A DNA stretch of 64,000 nt from an uncultured virus (IMG/VR IMGVR_UViG_3300016471_000568) (IMGVR_UViG_3300016471_000568); one strand, 5' to 3'. Numbered from the stretch's first letter, positions 48,289 to 58,777 are shown. A program made the numbers and translations. The notes: generated from the sequence alone by a model not told the origin.

Positions 48289-48909
48289 TTGAAATCGCAT
48301 GAAGTTAAAAGTTTAATTACATCAAACAATCCAATTATTTTAGATATCGGATGTCATATTGGCAAAGATAGTGTTATTATGGCAAATAATATCCCAAATT
48401 CAACAATATACTCATTTGAAGCTGATCCTGAAGTGTGTAATCGATTTAAACAATATGTATATGTTGATAATTTTACAAATACTACATGTAATATAAATTT
48501 AGTTGAAACTGCACTCAGTGATGAAATTGGATTTGTATCGTTTAATAGATCAAATCAATTTAAATCAGGAACATTGCAAAAACCGACAGGGCATTTACGA
48601 GTACATAGTGGAGTAACATTTGAAGCAATATCAGTGCCATGTACTACATTAGATAATTGGTATTCAAATCATTTATTGGGGCATGTTATAGATTTTATAT
48701 GGTCAGATGTAAATGGTGGAGAAAAAAAATTAATAAATGGCGGAATAGATACATTAAATAATCATGTAAAATACATACAATTAGAATGTATAAATCGCGA
48801 ATTGTGGGAAGGACAAATATATCAATCAGACATTCTAAGTTTATTAACTAATTTTGAAACAATACATTATGATAATCATGATATTTTACTAAAAAATAAA
48901 ACGTTATAG
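48289..48909 (+). CDS. FkbM-family methyltransferase
   Basis: ILDIGCH.G, SFEADP, TLD, IDFIW.DV.G.E; TTG start. Confidence 0.85.
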   Translation: MKSHEVKSLITSNNPIILDIGCHIGKDSVIMANNIPNSTIYSFEADPEVCNRFKQYVYVDNFTNTTCNINLVETALSDEIGFVSFNRSNQFKSGTLQKPTGHLRVHSGVTFEAISVPCTTLDNWYSNHLLGHVIDFIWSDVNGGEKKLINGGIDTLNNHVKYIQLECINRELWEGQIYQSDILSLLTNFETIHYDNHDILLKNKTL

Positions 48910-48917
48910 TTAATTTT

Positions 48918-49460
48918 ATGCAAACAATTAAATTACATTTAGGCTGTGGATGGCGGAATTTTGGTCCAGATTGGATACATGTTGATGGTGGCGATTATCC
49001 ACATTTAAAATTCAATGATATTACTAATTTACCATGTCAAAATGACATGGTAGATGTAATTTATGCATCTCATGTTATTGAATATTTTGATAGAAATGAA
49101 ATTAAAACAGTTTTAGCAGAATGGCATCGAGTTTTACGTCCTGGTGGCGTATTGCGAATTGCAGTACCTGATTTTTTAAAACTAATGTGGGTATATCAAG
49201 ATACAAAAGATTTAAATAAGATATTAGGTCCATTGTTTGGACGAATGCCAATGGGTGATCAAACAATTTATCATAAAACTGTATATGATTTTAATTCTTT
49301 AAAAGAATTGTTAGAAACATTAGGATTTTACAATATAATTCATTATAATTGGAAAGAGACAGAGCATGCACAGCATGATGATCATTCTCAAGCATATTAT
49401 CCCCATATGGATAAAGAAAATGGATTATTAATTAGTTTGAATGTGGAGGCAACTAAATGA
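48918..49460 (+). CDS. Class I SAM methyltransferase
   Basis: LHLGCG, YASHV.EY, EW.RVL.PGG.LRIAVPD. Confidence 0.88.
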   Translation: MQTIKLHLGCGWRNFGPDWIHVDGGDYPHLKFNDITNLPCQNDMVDVIYASHVIEYFDRNEIKTVLAEWHRVLRPGGVLRIAVPDFLKLMWVYQDTKDLNKILGPLFGRMPMGDQTIYHKTVYDFNSLKELLETLGFYNIIHYNWKETEHAQHDDHSQAYYPHMDKENGLLISLNVEATK

Positions 49461-50044
49461 ATTTCAACACGGTTACAGAATTTGAAAATCAAATTGCTAA
49501 GTTTTTTGGTTCACCATATGCAATTGCTGTTGATAGCTGTACGCACGGAGTTGAACTATGTTTAAGATATACATATGCAGATTATATTAGTGTTCCAAAA
49601 AATACATATCTTTCAATTCCATTCTTAGCAAACAAATTGTGTATTGATTTGCTGTGGAAGAATGAGGATTGGATTGATTATTATTATCTAACAGAAAATG
49701 TAATTGATGCTGCAGTATTGTGGAAATCAAATAGTTATGTTCCAGGCACATATATGAATTTGTCATTTCAATATCAAAAGCATTTAAGTTTAGGTAGGGG
49801 TGGTATGATATTGTTAGATAACGAACATGCTGCTATACAATTAAAAAAGATGTCATATGATGGTCGATTACCTAATATACCGTGGCGAGAACAAAATATC
49901 GAAACATATGGATATCATTATTACATGACTCCCGAAACTGCACAATTGGGTTTAGATAAATTGGATATGGCAATTGCAACTCAACCAAAACAATGGACAA
50001 CAAAGGATTGGCCAGATTTAACAAAAATGGAAATTTTTAAATGA
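49457..50044 (+). CDS. Short DegT/DnrJ-type PLP aminotransferase
   Basis: FE..IA.F.G..YA.AV.SCT, IDAA, SFQ..K.L..G.GG (PLP lysine); only 195 aa. Confidence 0.75.
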   Translation: MNFNTVTEFENQIAKFFGSPYAIAVDSCTHGVELCLRYTYADYISVPKNTYLSIPFLANKLCIDLLWKNEDWIDYYYLTENVIDAAVLWKSNSYVPGTYMNLSFQYQKHLSLGRGGMILLDNEHAAIQLKKMSYDGRLPNIPWREQNIETYGYHYYMTPETAQLGLDKLDMAIATQPKQWTTKDWPDLTKMEIFK

Positions 50045-51012
50045 AAAAGAAAGCGTTTATTACAGGTATAGCGGGACAAGATGGTTCATATCTAGCAGAA
50101 TATTTACATAGTTTAGGATACGAAGTACATGGCATTGTACGAAGAAATTCTACTCCAGAACATCAAGAATCTAGAATTACTCATCTAGATGACACAATTT
50201 ATACATATTATGGTGATTTGTTAGATCAAAGTAGTTTGGAACATTTGTTAGTAAAAATACAACCAGATGAAATTTATAATTTAGCAGCACAAAGCCATGT
50301 TAGAATTAGTTTTGATATTCCACAATTTACGGTACAAACAAATGCATTAGGAGTATTAAACATTTTGGAAGCATATAGAAATGCATGTCCAAATGCAAAG
50401 TTTTATCAAGCATCATCATCTGAAATGTTTGGTAGTTCAGTAGATGCAGATGGATTTCAACGAGAATCAACACCAATGCATCCTGTGTCTCCATATGGGT
50501 GTAGCAAAGTATTTGCATTTAACATAGTTCACAATTATAGAAATGCATATAAGTTGCATGCATCTAATGGTATCTTGTTTAATCACGAATCACCTAGACG
50601 CGGATCTAATTTTGTTACTAATAAAGTAGTAAAAGCTGCCGTGCGAATTAGTTTAGGTTTGCAAGACACGTTAGAATTAGGAAATATGGATGCATATCGT
50701 GATTGGGGACATTCATATGATTATGTACGGGCAATGTATTTAATTTTACAACAAGATAAGCCAGGCGATTGGGTAGTTGCAACGGGAGAAACAAGATCGG
50801 TACGAGATATGTGTGAGTATGTATTTGGCAAGTTAGGATTAGATTACAAACAATATGTAGTGCAAAATCAAAAATTCTTACGACCAGAAGAATTACCATA
50901 TCTTAAAGGAGATTCGACAAAGATACGTACAGAATTAGGATGGCAACCAACATATACGTTTGAAAGTATGATGGATGAAATGATTGAATTTTGGCAAGGA
51001 ATTTATCAATGA
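50041..51012 (+). CDS. gmd: GDP-mannose 4,6-dehydratase
   Basis: ITGI.GQDGSYLAE, NLAAQSHV, YQASSSE.FG, SPYG.SK, FNHESPRRG, RDWG. Confidence 0.96.
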   Translation: MKKKAFITGIAGQDGSYLAEYLHSLGYEVHGIVRRNSTPEHQESRITHLDDTIYTYYGDLLDQSSLEHLLVKIQPDEIYNLAAQSHVRISFDIPQFTVQTNALGVLNILEAYRNACPNAKFYQASSSEMFGSSVDADGFQRESTPMHPVSPYGCSKVFAFNIVHNYRNAYKLHASNGILFNHESPRRGSNFVTNKVVKAAVRISLGLQDTLELGNMDAYRDWGHSYDYVRAMYLILQQDKPGDWVVATGETRSVRDMCEYVFGKLGLDYKQYVVQNQKFLRPEELPYLKGDSTKIRTELGWQPTYTFESMMDEMIEFWQGIYQ

Positions 51013-51728
51013 TATCAATAGTCCAAAATTTTATTTGCACAAAGCCAGAGCGATTGCAAATACTAAAAGAACAGCTTCCGATAATTGGCAATGTATTTAG
51101 CGATGTAGAATTTTTTGTGAATTACAATACTATAAAAAATTTAGATGAAATACATTCATTATACAAACAATACATACCTAAATTGAATTTCTATAATGAT
51201 TTAAATGAAGAATGGGCACCAGTTACATTAGCATTGGCAAAACAAATAACAACACCATATACGATCTTTTTATGTGAAGATACACAAATACATGTATCTA
51301 AACAAAATGTATATAATCGTATCAATGAATTTATTGAATTAGATTATGATTATTTATTGTTAACTAAATTAGAAAAATATCTGCGTCCCGAATATGTAAA
51401 TGGATATACTCCATATAATCACACGACATCGCCAGGTTATCAAAAATTGAAATACGGATATTCTTATTTAGGTAAACATGCTCCTCATAAAAGATTAAGT
51501 ACTGATGCAGTTTATAAAACTAGTTGGTATCAAGATCGTTTAGAAGAATTTATATTGAATATTGATCAATGTAAACATCATATTCCAATTCGAGATAAAA
51601 GAAAACCAAATTGTTATGAAGGCTATTATGATTTTGATAATGGTATGGCTCGATTTGCAGAATTAAAATGTTATATACCAGATGAAGTAATTATATCTGA
51701 ATTTGATGGAGTAAAACAAAATTCATGA
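51009..51728 (+). CDS. Hypothetical, GT-A-like protein
   Basis: Inside the glycan island; Y..FLCED resembles a DxD-type site. Confidence 0.5.
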   Translation: MISIVQNFICTKPERLQILKEQLPIIGNVFSDVEFFVNYNTIKNLDEIHSLYKQYIPKLNFYNDLNEEWAPVTLALAKQITTPYTIFLCEDTQIHVSKQNVYNRINEFIELDYDYLLLTKLEKYLRPEYVNGYTPYNHTTSPGYQKLKYGYSYLGKHAPHKRLSTDAVYKTSWYQDRLEEFILNIDQCKHHIPIRDKRKPNCYEGYYDFDNGMARFAELKCYIPDEVIISEFDGVKQNS

Positions 51729-53929
51729 AAAATATAGTTTTTATACCTAATGTTGATTTAGGAAACGGAAGAAATCAACCATATCATTATTCAATTAAAA
51801 GTTGGCAGAATTGGTGTGATAAAAATAATGTTCAATTAGTTGAATGTAAAGATGTAATCACAGATCCAAATCATTTAAAGGTTACTTTGCAAAGATATTG
51901 GGTACATGATATATTAGAACATAATGGAATTGATTATGATCAGGTATTAATTGTTGATGCTGATACCATCATACATCCGGATACTCCGAATTTCTTTTTA
52001 GAAACAAATGGCAAGTTTAGTGTTGTAGTTAATAACGGGTGTTATGAATGGACAATTAGAAGTATACAACGTTGGGGTGATGCATTATTTCCAAATCAAC
52101 CTAAAATTAAAACATGGAATTATTTTAATAGCGGATTTCAAATTACCAATAAAACTCATAAACCATTTTACGATAAAGTTAAGAATTTTTATTTGACAAA
52201 TATTGATACTATAAATCAATGGGATGCTCAAATTAAAGCAGGAACAGATCAAACCTTAATTAATTATTTAACACAATTATTCAATGTAGATGTTAATTAT
52301 CTGCCAGAGTGTTATAATTTGCAAGATTTATTTAGAAAGAATTTATTACACATTCCGGGACATTCTTGGTTTACTGATGAATTACATTTTGTTAATGCAG
52401 GTTGGATATATCATTTCAATGCAATTCCTCAAAATCCTAGGCATGTAGCATATTGGTTGGAACGAACTTATAATGAATTGTATCCGATATCAAATGAAAT
52501 TCCTAAATTTAGTCCTATTAGTTTGGATTATTTTTTAAATATGGAAGTAGCCAATGGTGGCATTAGCAAACAAATTTTAAATTTAAATGGAAAATTAAAA
52601 ACAGTCCGTGAGATTGTCGAATATTGGAAAACAGCAGCAGCCCCTGAATTAAAACCTGATAATTGGCAATATTATAATTGTATGATTGCTGGATTTCGAA
52701 AGAATGTTGCAAATCATCATGATTTAGGTTGGGATAAGATGACATTAGAATATTATGAATCTTTGGAACCGATGTCTGACGATGAAATTGAAACATACTT
52801 ACAAACAACTCCAGTAGATTTTGATAATGGATTTATTAAACATAGTTATCACAGAGCATATGCTATGATTGGTCGTCTTGTTCGAGGAGAAAAATATATT
52901 CCATTTTATATTGAAACTAAAAAAATATATGATACCCCTACAAAACTCGATGGCGTGCATCGTGTTAAACCAATAACATCGAAAATTAAACTTTTGAAAC
53001 AATTGGATGATTTAGGAATAGATAAAAATGAATATTGTTTGACACAAAGTTCTATATTAAGCATAATGGATATTAGAGACAATGATGATTTAGATATTAT
53101 TATTTCATCTAAACTGCGATTAAAGAATATTACATTTCCTGCAGGTATAGAAGTATTTCCAGAGAATTATGATAAATTTAAAATGTTTGGAGCTAACGGC
53201 GATAATGATATTTTAAAAAATTATTGTATAGAAATTGATGGATATAAATTTTTAGAACCTAGATTTTACTTTTCTAGAAAAAATATAAATCAAAGCAGTC
53301 GGGATATTGCAGATTGGAATGCAATTCAAAAGTTTTTTGAATTAGAAAGTCATAAAGGATATCCATTTAACTTTGATTTTTATAAATGGGGAGTTACATA
53401 CGTAGATAAAATTCAATTGGCCGATTTGCAATTAAACAAGTTTAAATTGATTAAAGACAAATATCATCGAGTAGTAGATGGTATCAATCAAGGTCGATCG
53501 ATATATTTTGACGAAACTACAAATTCATTTATAAAAATTTTTAATCCAGCATATTGTAGATTACAAAATTTTCAATCAGCAATCGAATCTGGATTGTTTA
53601 ATGGATTAGTTCCTGCATTAGTAAATTTAATATATGATGACAATGTATTAATTGGTTATACGATGCAGAAAGGTCAAACGATTGCTGATAATGATTATGA
53701 GTTTAATAAAATACCAACGCATTTTATGAAAAGCATATTACGAAATTGCAAAAAACGCAATAAAATTTATTATGATTTAGTTCCGCAAAATATGATTCAA
53801 TTAGCAAATGGACAATATAGTTTAATTGATTTAGAAAGTGTATATGAATATAATCAAGAAGATTTAATGCAACAACATAATGCAGTGTATAAACCAAGTA
53901 ACTTGTTAGAACAATTGGATTCTATTTAA
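51725..53929 (+). CDS. Multidomain glycosyltransferase fusion (GT-A + unknown + nucleotidyltransferase-like + kinase-like)
   Basis: VDADT, YFNSG, DQT..N, HFN (GT8-like); SS.L....IR...DLDII (NTase-like); YYDLVPQN...LIDLES (kinase-like). Confidence 0.7.
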   Translation: MKNIVFIPNVDLGNGRNQPYHYSIKSWQNWCDKNNVQLVECKDVITDPNHLKVTLQRYWVHDILEHNGIDYDQVLIVDADTIIHPDTPNFFLETNGKFSVVVNNGCYEWTIRSIQRWGDALFPNQPKIKTWNYFNSGFQITNKTHKPFYDKVKNFYLTNIDTINQWDAQIKAGTDQTLINYLTQLFNVDVNYLPECYNLQDLFRKNLLHIPGHSWFTDELHFVNAGWIYHFNAIPQNPRHVAYWLERTYNELYPISNEIPKFSPISLDYFLNMEVANGGISKQILNLNGKLKTVREIVEYWKTAAAPELKPDNWQYYNCMIAGFRKNVANHHDLGWDKMTLEYYESLEPMSDDEIETYLQTTPVDFDNGFIKHSYHRAYAMIGRLVRGEKYIPFYIETKKIYDTPTKLDGVHRVKPITSKIKLLKQLDDLGIDKNEYCLTQSSILSIMDIRDNDDLDIIISSKLRLKNITFPAGIEVFPENYDKFKMFGANGDNDILKNYCIEIDGYKFLEPRFYFSRKNINQSSRDIADWNAIQKFFELESHKGYPFNFDFYKWGVTYVDKIQLADLQLNKFKLIKDKYHRVVDGINQGRSIYFDETTNSFIKIFNPAYCRLQNFQSAIESGLFNGLVPALVNLIYDDNVLIGYTMQKGQTIADNDYEFNKIPTHFMKSILRNCKKRNKIYYDLVPQNMIQLANGQYSLIDLESVYEYNQEDLMQQHNAVYKPSNLLEQLDSI

Positions 53930-53952
53930 AAATTTTATATAATAAGAAATAT

Positions 53953-54876
53953 ATGAAATCATTTCGGATATTAGTTACGCACGCAGGTGGTCCTGCTGCA
54001 ATTAGTGTTATAAAATCATTAAGATGTAGTAAATTTAAAAATGATATTGAAATAATTGCAGTTGATGCTGACCCAACAGCTGCAGGATTATTTTTAGCCG
54101 ATCAACAGAGTACGCTTCCGTATAGTACACAAGAAACACAATGGTTAGAATCTTTATTTAAATTAATCAACCAATACAACATCAATGTAATATTTCAAAC
54201 CGGCGATTCAGATGTAACATTGTTTTCTAAGTTTCAAAAACAAATTCGAGAAGCTGGCGTAAAAATATTAATTTCATCTATGTTAACAATTGATAGTTGC
54301 CAAGATAAATATGCATTTTATTCATTATGTAAAACTGAATTCAAATTGCCGTTAACATCTCTGACGCGATTAGATTATCCTGGTAAAAAAATTATTAAAC
54401 CTATACGAGGCAGTGGTAGTAGAGATATACAAATTGTAGCCAATTCGCTTTCATTGATATTGGATCCAGGGTTCATGATACAACATTATGTTGATGGGCC
54501 AGAATATTCTGTGGATGTACTATGCGATGAATCATCTAATATGATAATTGGCGTTGCTAGAGAACGCATTCAAACAAAAGCAGGAATTTCAACTAAAGGT
54601 CGCATTGTTAATAATCATAAACTTTTAAATGAATGTGCGCGCATATGTATGCATTTAAATATAATTGGTCCGGCATGTATTCAATTAAAACAAGAAGCAA
54701 ATGATTATTTTTTCTTGGAAATTAATCCTAGATTCGGTGGAGGATTATTTTTTAGTACATTAGCAGGTGTTAATATTCCAGAAATGATGTTAGAATATTT
54801 TTCTAAAAATTCAATAACAATTAATCAACCACAAGAAATAACGGTGGTTAGATACTTTAATGAGATTGTAATATAA
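53953..54876 (+). CDS. ATP-grasp ligase (carbamoyl-phosphate-synthase-like)
   Basis: ILVT.AGG, CQDK, IKP..GSGSR, Q.YV.G.EYSVD, EINPRFGGG. Confidence 0.88.
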   Translation: MKSFRILVTHAGGPAAISVIKSLRCSKFKNDIEIIAVDADPTAAGLFLADQQSTLPYSTQETQWLESLFKLINQYNINVIFQTGDSDVTLFSKFQKQIREAGVKILISSMLTIDSCQDKYAFYSLCKTEFKLPLTSLTRLDYPGKKIIKPIRGSGSRDIQIVANSLSLILDPGFMIQHYVDGPEYSVDVLCDESSNMIIGVARERIQTKAGISTKGRIVNNHKLLNECARICMHLNIIGPACIQLKQEANDYFFLEINPRFGGGLFFSTLAGVNIPEMMLEYFSKNSITINQPQEITVVRYFNEIVI

Positions 54877-55805
54877 TGGCACATTTTTTTAGAATACATA
54901 ATAATCAACTATCATCTTTAGGCGAAGTTAAAAAACTTGGATTTGATAAAAACGATGCGTATGTAATTCCTGATGAGTATTTGCAACGGCAAGAATTCAT
55001 TGTTATGCGTACTTGTCATGGTATTGGCGATTGGGCGGTTATTTCTGCTATGCCTAGATTATTGAAACAAAAATATCCAAATTGTAAAGTTTACGTCCCA
55101 TCGGCACAAATGTTACGTACTATATTTGGCGAAATGCTAAATACATGGGGCTATGGCGTATATGATTGTTCCAACATAACCTTAGATATCTTTAAAAATA
55201 ATCCATACGTAGACGCATTCGTAGATAGCTATAACGATGAAATATTTCATGACCATTATAGGATTTATGATTTAGAAAATTCAAAAATTCCATTGGTAGA
55301 ACAAATGTTAACATTTTGGCAATTTGAAAATTCTGAAATGCAAGACAGTAATCCAGATATATTCTTTGATCAACAAGAAATTGAACAAGGAAATCAAATA
55401 ATTGCAAATACATGGAATGATTCGGCATATGGATATATTTCAGTATCATCAACATTTGGTACTACATCGGATGCACAAAATTTAATTGATGTCATTGATA
55501 GAAAATTAAATTGGTTTTATTATGGCGAACAACCAATTCAAGAAACAGCATTGAATTTTCTAAAAAATGTTATTGAAGTAAAACCAATGCAGTTGTCAAT
55601 TAGAGAACAAATGTATTTAAAATCAAAAGCAATAGTTAATGTAGGAAATGAAACGGGCATGAACTTATGGTCGACACGTTTTTCAAAAACATATATTTTA
55701 GGAAATAAACGGTATGGTTCAAACCATGGCGGAATCAACGAAGGTAAAATTAGAAAAGATCCATTTTCAAGTGGTAACTTTGTAAAAAATGTTATATACG
55801 TATGA
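54876..55805 (+). CDS. GT9 (heptosyltransferase)-like glycosyltransferase
   Basis: GIGD......PR.LK.KYP, F.NNPYVD, VGNETG. Confidence 0.65.
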   Translation: MAHFFRIHNNQLSSLGEVKKLGFDKNDAYVIPDEYLQRQEFIVMRTCHGIGDWAVISAMPRLLKQKYPNCKVYVPSAQMLRTIFGEMLNTWGYGVYDCSNITLDIFKNNPYVDAFVDSYNDEIFHDHYRIYDLENSKIPLVEQMLTFWQFENSEMQDSNPDIFFDQQEIEQGNQIIANTWNDSAYGYISVSSTFGTTSDAQNLIDVIDRKLNWFYYGEQPIQETALNFLKNVIEVKPMQLSIREQMYLKSKAIVNVGNETGMNLWSTRFSKTYILGNKRYGSNHGGINEGKIRKDPFSSGNFVKNVIYV

Positions 55806-56137
55806 AATTTTATGAATCAACCCCATATTCAAAAACGCAGCAAGTTGCATTAGTAGATATTGATGAAACAATTTGTTGTTATCCCAATATACGGCGATAT
55901 GATTTAGCACAGCCTATACAAGAGCATATTGATAAAATCAATGCAATGTATGATGCGGGATGGAAAATAATTTATTGGACGGCACGCGGAGCAGTATCAG
56001 GAGTTGATTATCGAGAATTCACGCTTAAACAATTGAACGAATGGAATTGTAAATTTCACGAACTAAAATGCGGCGATGAAAAACCGCATTTTGATTTAGT
56101 AATAGATGATAAAGCAAAAAGGATTGAAGAAATATGA
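55802..56137 (+). CDS. HAD-family phosphatase (capsule-biosynthesis type)
   Basis: VDIDETIC, WTARG, KP..D..IDDKA. Confidence 0.85.
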   Translation: MKFYESTPYSKTQQVALVDIDETICCYPNIRRYDLAQPIQEHIDKINAMYDAGWKIIYWTARGAVSGVDYREFTLKQLNEWNCKFHELKCGDEKPHFDLVIDDKAKRIEEI

Positions 56138-57084
56138 AAAACAAAAGAATTTTAATTATCGGCGGCACAGGAGCATTAGGAAGCAATTTAGTACGACGAT
56201 ATTATAAAGATAACAATATTATGGTGTTATCTAGAAATGAACATAAACAAGAAGCAATGCGTTTAGAATTTCCTAATGTTATTTATAAGTTAGGTGACGT
56301 TAAAGATAAAAATTCAATTGCACGTTCATTTCAAGAATTTAAACCGCAAATTGTTATCAATACAGCCGCCGTTAAAACAGTTTGGGTATGCCAAGCAAAT
56401 CCATATGAATCGGTAGAAGTAAATATCAATGGGCATCAAAATTTATTAGATGTTATTCAAGAAAGTACACATAAAATTGAAACGGTAATTTTTATTTCAA
56501 CAGATAAAGCATGTAAACCAGTTAATGTATACGGGATGTCAAAAGCAATTGCAGAACAACTATATGTAGAATTTGCAAAGCAACAAACAGATATCAAAGT
56601 AGTATTAGCTAGATATGGAAATGTTTTAAATTCAACCGGATCAATTATTCCCGTATTTAAGAAGATGATTGAAGACGGCGTTGAATCATTACCTATTACA
56701 GACAGTAAAATGACTCGTTTTCTTTTAACATTAGATCAAGCTATTAATTTAGTCGAATGGGCATATAATCATCCAACATCTCATGGCAAAATTGCAATTC
56801 CAAAAATTGAATCTTTAAACATAATGGATTTGGTTAAATCGATTGCAGCCGCATGCGGCAAAACAGATATCAAGTTTCATAAGATTCCGATTCGAGATGG
56901 CGAAAAATTACATGAAGAAATGATTAGTGAAATTGAATGGCAACGAACTGAGGATGTTGGCGATTATTACTTAATTGGATTTGAAAAAAGAAATGAAGAT
57001 TACGGAAAGCTTTCATACAATTCACAATATTATGTAACTAATAATGTAGTTAATTTCTTTAAAAACAATAATATTACAATATGA
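56134..57084 (+). CDS. UDP-GlcNAc 4,6-dehydratase (FnlA/CapE/PseB family)
   Basis: GGTG.LG, SR.E.KQ, GDV.D, STDKA.KPVN.YG.SKA, RYGNV..S.GS, MTRF, R.GEKLHE. Confidence 0.9.
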   Translation: MKNKRILIIGGTGALGSNLVRRYYKDNNIMVLSRNEHKQEAMRLEFPNVIYKLGDVKDKNSIARSFQEFKPQIVINTAAVKTVWVCQANPYESVEVNINGHQNLLDVIQESTHKIETVIFISTDKACKPVNVYGMSKAIAEQLYVEFAKQQTDIKVVLARYGNVLNSTGSIIPVFKKMIEDGVESLPITDSKMTRFLLTLDQAINLVEWAYNHPTSHGKIAIPKIESLNIMDLVKSIAAACGKTDIKFHKIPIRDGEKLHEEMISEIEWQRTEDVGDYYLIGFEKRNEDYGKLSYNSQYYVTNNVVNFFKNNNITI

Positions 57085-58148
57085 TAGTCGGACTAAATGG
57101 AAATGGATTTATTTCGTATCATTTGCAAGTATACTTTTTTTATAAATGTAACGATATTAAAGTTATACAATTAAAACAAGATTTGCTAAATGATTTAGAA
57201 AATTTAAATAAATGCAATGTAATTATACATATGGCCGAAAAAAATCGAGGAAATGAATCGGAAATATATGCAAATAACATACAAAGTGCATTAAATTTAA
57301 CTATTGCATTAGATAAAATAAATAAACAACCATTAGTTATTTATACGTCATCTATACATGAAACTGCCGATAATGTATATGGTCAATGGCGGCGAACTAA
57401 TAAAATAACTTTTTTAAAATGGGCAAAAAATAATAATTTTATTTCAATTAAATTACCAAATATATTTGGTCCATTTTGTAAACCAAATTATAATTCATTC
57501 ATTGCAACATTATGTGATTCGTTTATTTCAAAAAAAGAAGTTACTGTTACGGATAATAAAATTACATTGTTGTATGTAGAAAATTTATGTAAACAAATCC
57601 ATGAAATTATATTAGGTACGAGAATTGATATCGATTATGACATAACAATAACAATTGGTAGCGTTGTTGATACCGTATCTAAATTTGTAGAATATATTGA
57701 AATTGGAAAGATACCCCATATCAATAATGAATTTGAATTAAATTTGTTTACAACATTTCGTTCATATATTTCAAATCGATTATTTGATATTAAACATATA
57801 TCAGATGATAGAGGAGATTTAAAAGAATTGGTAATTTCCAAAGAACAAGGACAAGTATTTTATTCAACAACTAAACCTAATGTAACTCGAGGAAATCATT
57901 TCCATACAAAACGAATTGAAAGATTTTGTATTATTAAAGGTTGTGCAAAAATTGAAATGCGAAAAATTGGATCTGATGAAATAGTTTCATATATTATAAA
58001 AGATTCAGATAATCATGTTATTGATATGCCACCATATTATACACATAATTTAACCAATATTGGTACGGAAGATTTAGTATGCGTATTTTGGATGAATGAT
58101 ATTTTATCGGAACAACAAATAGATGATACATATTTTGAAAAGGTCTAA
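57081..58148 (+). CDS. FnlB/CapF-like reductase-epimerase (SDR + C-terminal cupin)
   Basis: G.NGFI, LPNIFG.F.KPNYNSFIAT, D.RG...E, RGNHFH..R.ERF, DMP..YTHN..N.G. Confidence 0.88.
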   Translation: MIVGLNGNGFISYHLQVYFFYKCNDIKVIQLKQDLLNDLENLNKCNVIIHMAEKNRGNESEIYANNIQSALNLTIALDKINKQPLVIYTSSIHETADNVYGQWRRTNKITFLKWAKNNNFISIKLPNIFGPFCKPNYNSFIATLCDSFISKKEVTVTDNKITLLYVENLCKQIHEIILGTRIDIDYDITITIGSVVDTVSKFVEYIEIGKIPHINNEFELNLFTTFRSYISNRLFDIKHISDDRGDLKELVISKEQGQVFYSTTKPNVTRGNHFHTKRIERFCIIKGCAKIEMRKIGSDEIVSYIIKDSDNHVIDMPPYYTHNLTNIGTEDLVCVFWMNDILSEQQIDDTYFEKV

Positions 58149-58777
58149 TGAAATTTTTAAATTTTAATAACGTACTTTGTTTATCTCCGCATCCGGATGA
58201 TGTTGAATATGGTATGATGGGTACTATAAAAAAATACAGAGATACCCATTTTGATATTTTATGTTTGACTCAAGGAGGAGATTATGATACAACAACTGGG
58301 ATTTCTAGATTAGATGAAGTTAAACATGTGTGGCAACCAGATATCAGAAATAACATTAACTTATTATTTTCTAATATAAAATTTTTAAAAGAGATGGGAC
58401 AAGATGGGTGGGTTAATTTTATTGAAACACACTATTTGCGAGACCATGATTGTATATTTGTTCCTACAGCAGACGATTCTCACTTTGAACATAAATTTGT
58501 TAATGAATTATCATATCCATTGACTCGTATTAAAGATTTGAGTATTATTGAATATAGAACTCCTAGTACATTGGATACGTGGTCACCAAATATGTTTGTA
58601 GACATTACGGAGTTTTTTGATGCAAAGCATGAACAACTTTTAAAATTTGAATCACAAGCACACCGATGGTATTTTCAAAAAGAATTATTAGAATCATTTC
58701 ATTCGAATTATCAAAGTTATAAAAAAGGTATTAAACACGTAGAAAAATTTAAAGCAAGGCAGTTGTATAGATTATGA
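58148..58777 (+). CDS. PIG-L family N-deacetylase
   Basis: SPHPDDVE.G..G, D.H.EH, K......F.SQ. Confidence 0.85.
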   Translation: MKFLNFNNVLCLSPHPDDVEYGMMGTIKKYRDTHFDILCLTQGGDYDTTTGISRLDEVKHVWQPDIRNNINLLFSNIKFLKEMGQDGWVNFIETHYLRDHDCIFVPTADDSHFEHKFVNELSYPLTRIKDLSIIEYRTPSTLDTWSPNMFVDITEFFDAKHEQLLKFESQAHRWYFQKELLESFHSNYQSYKKGIKHVEKFKARQLYRL

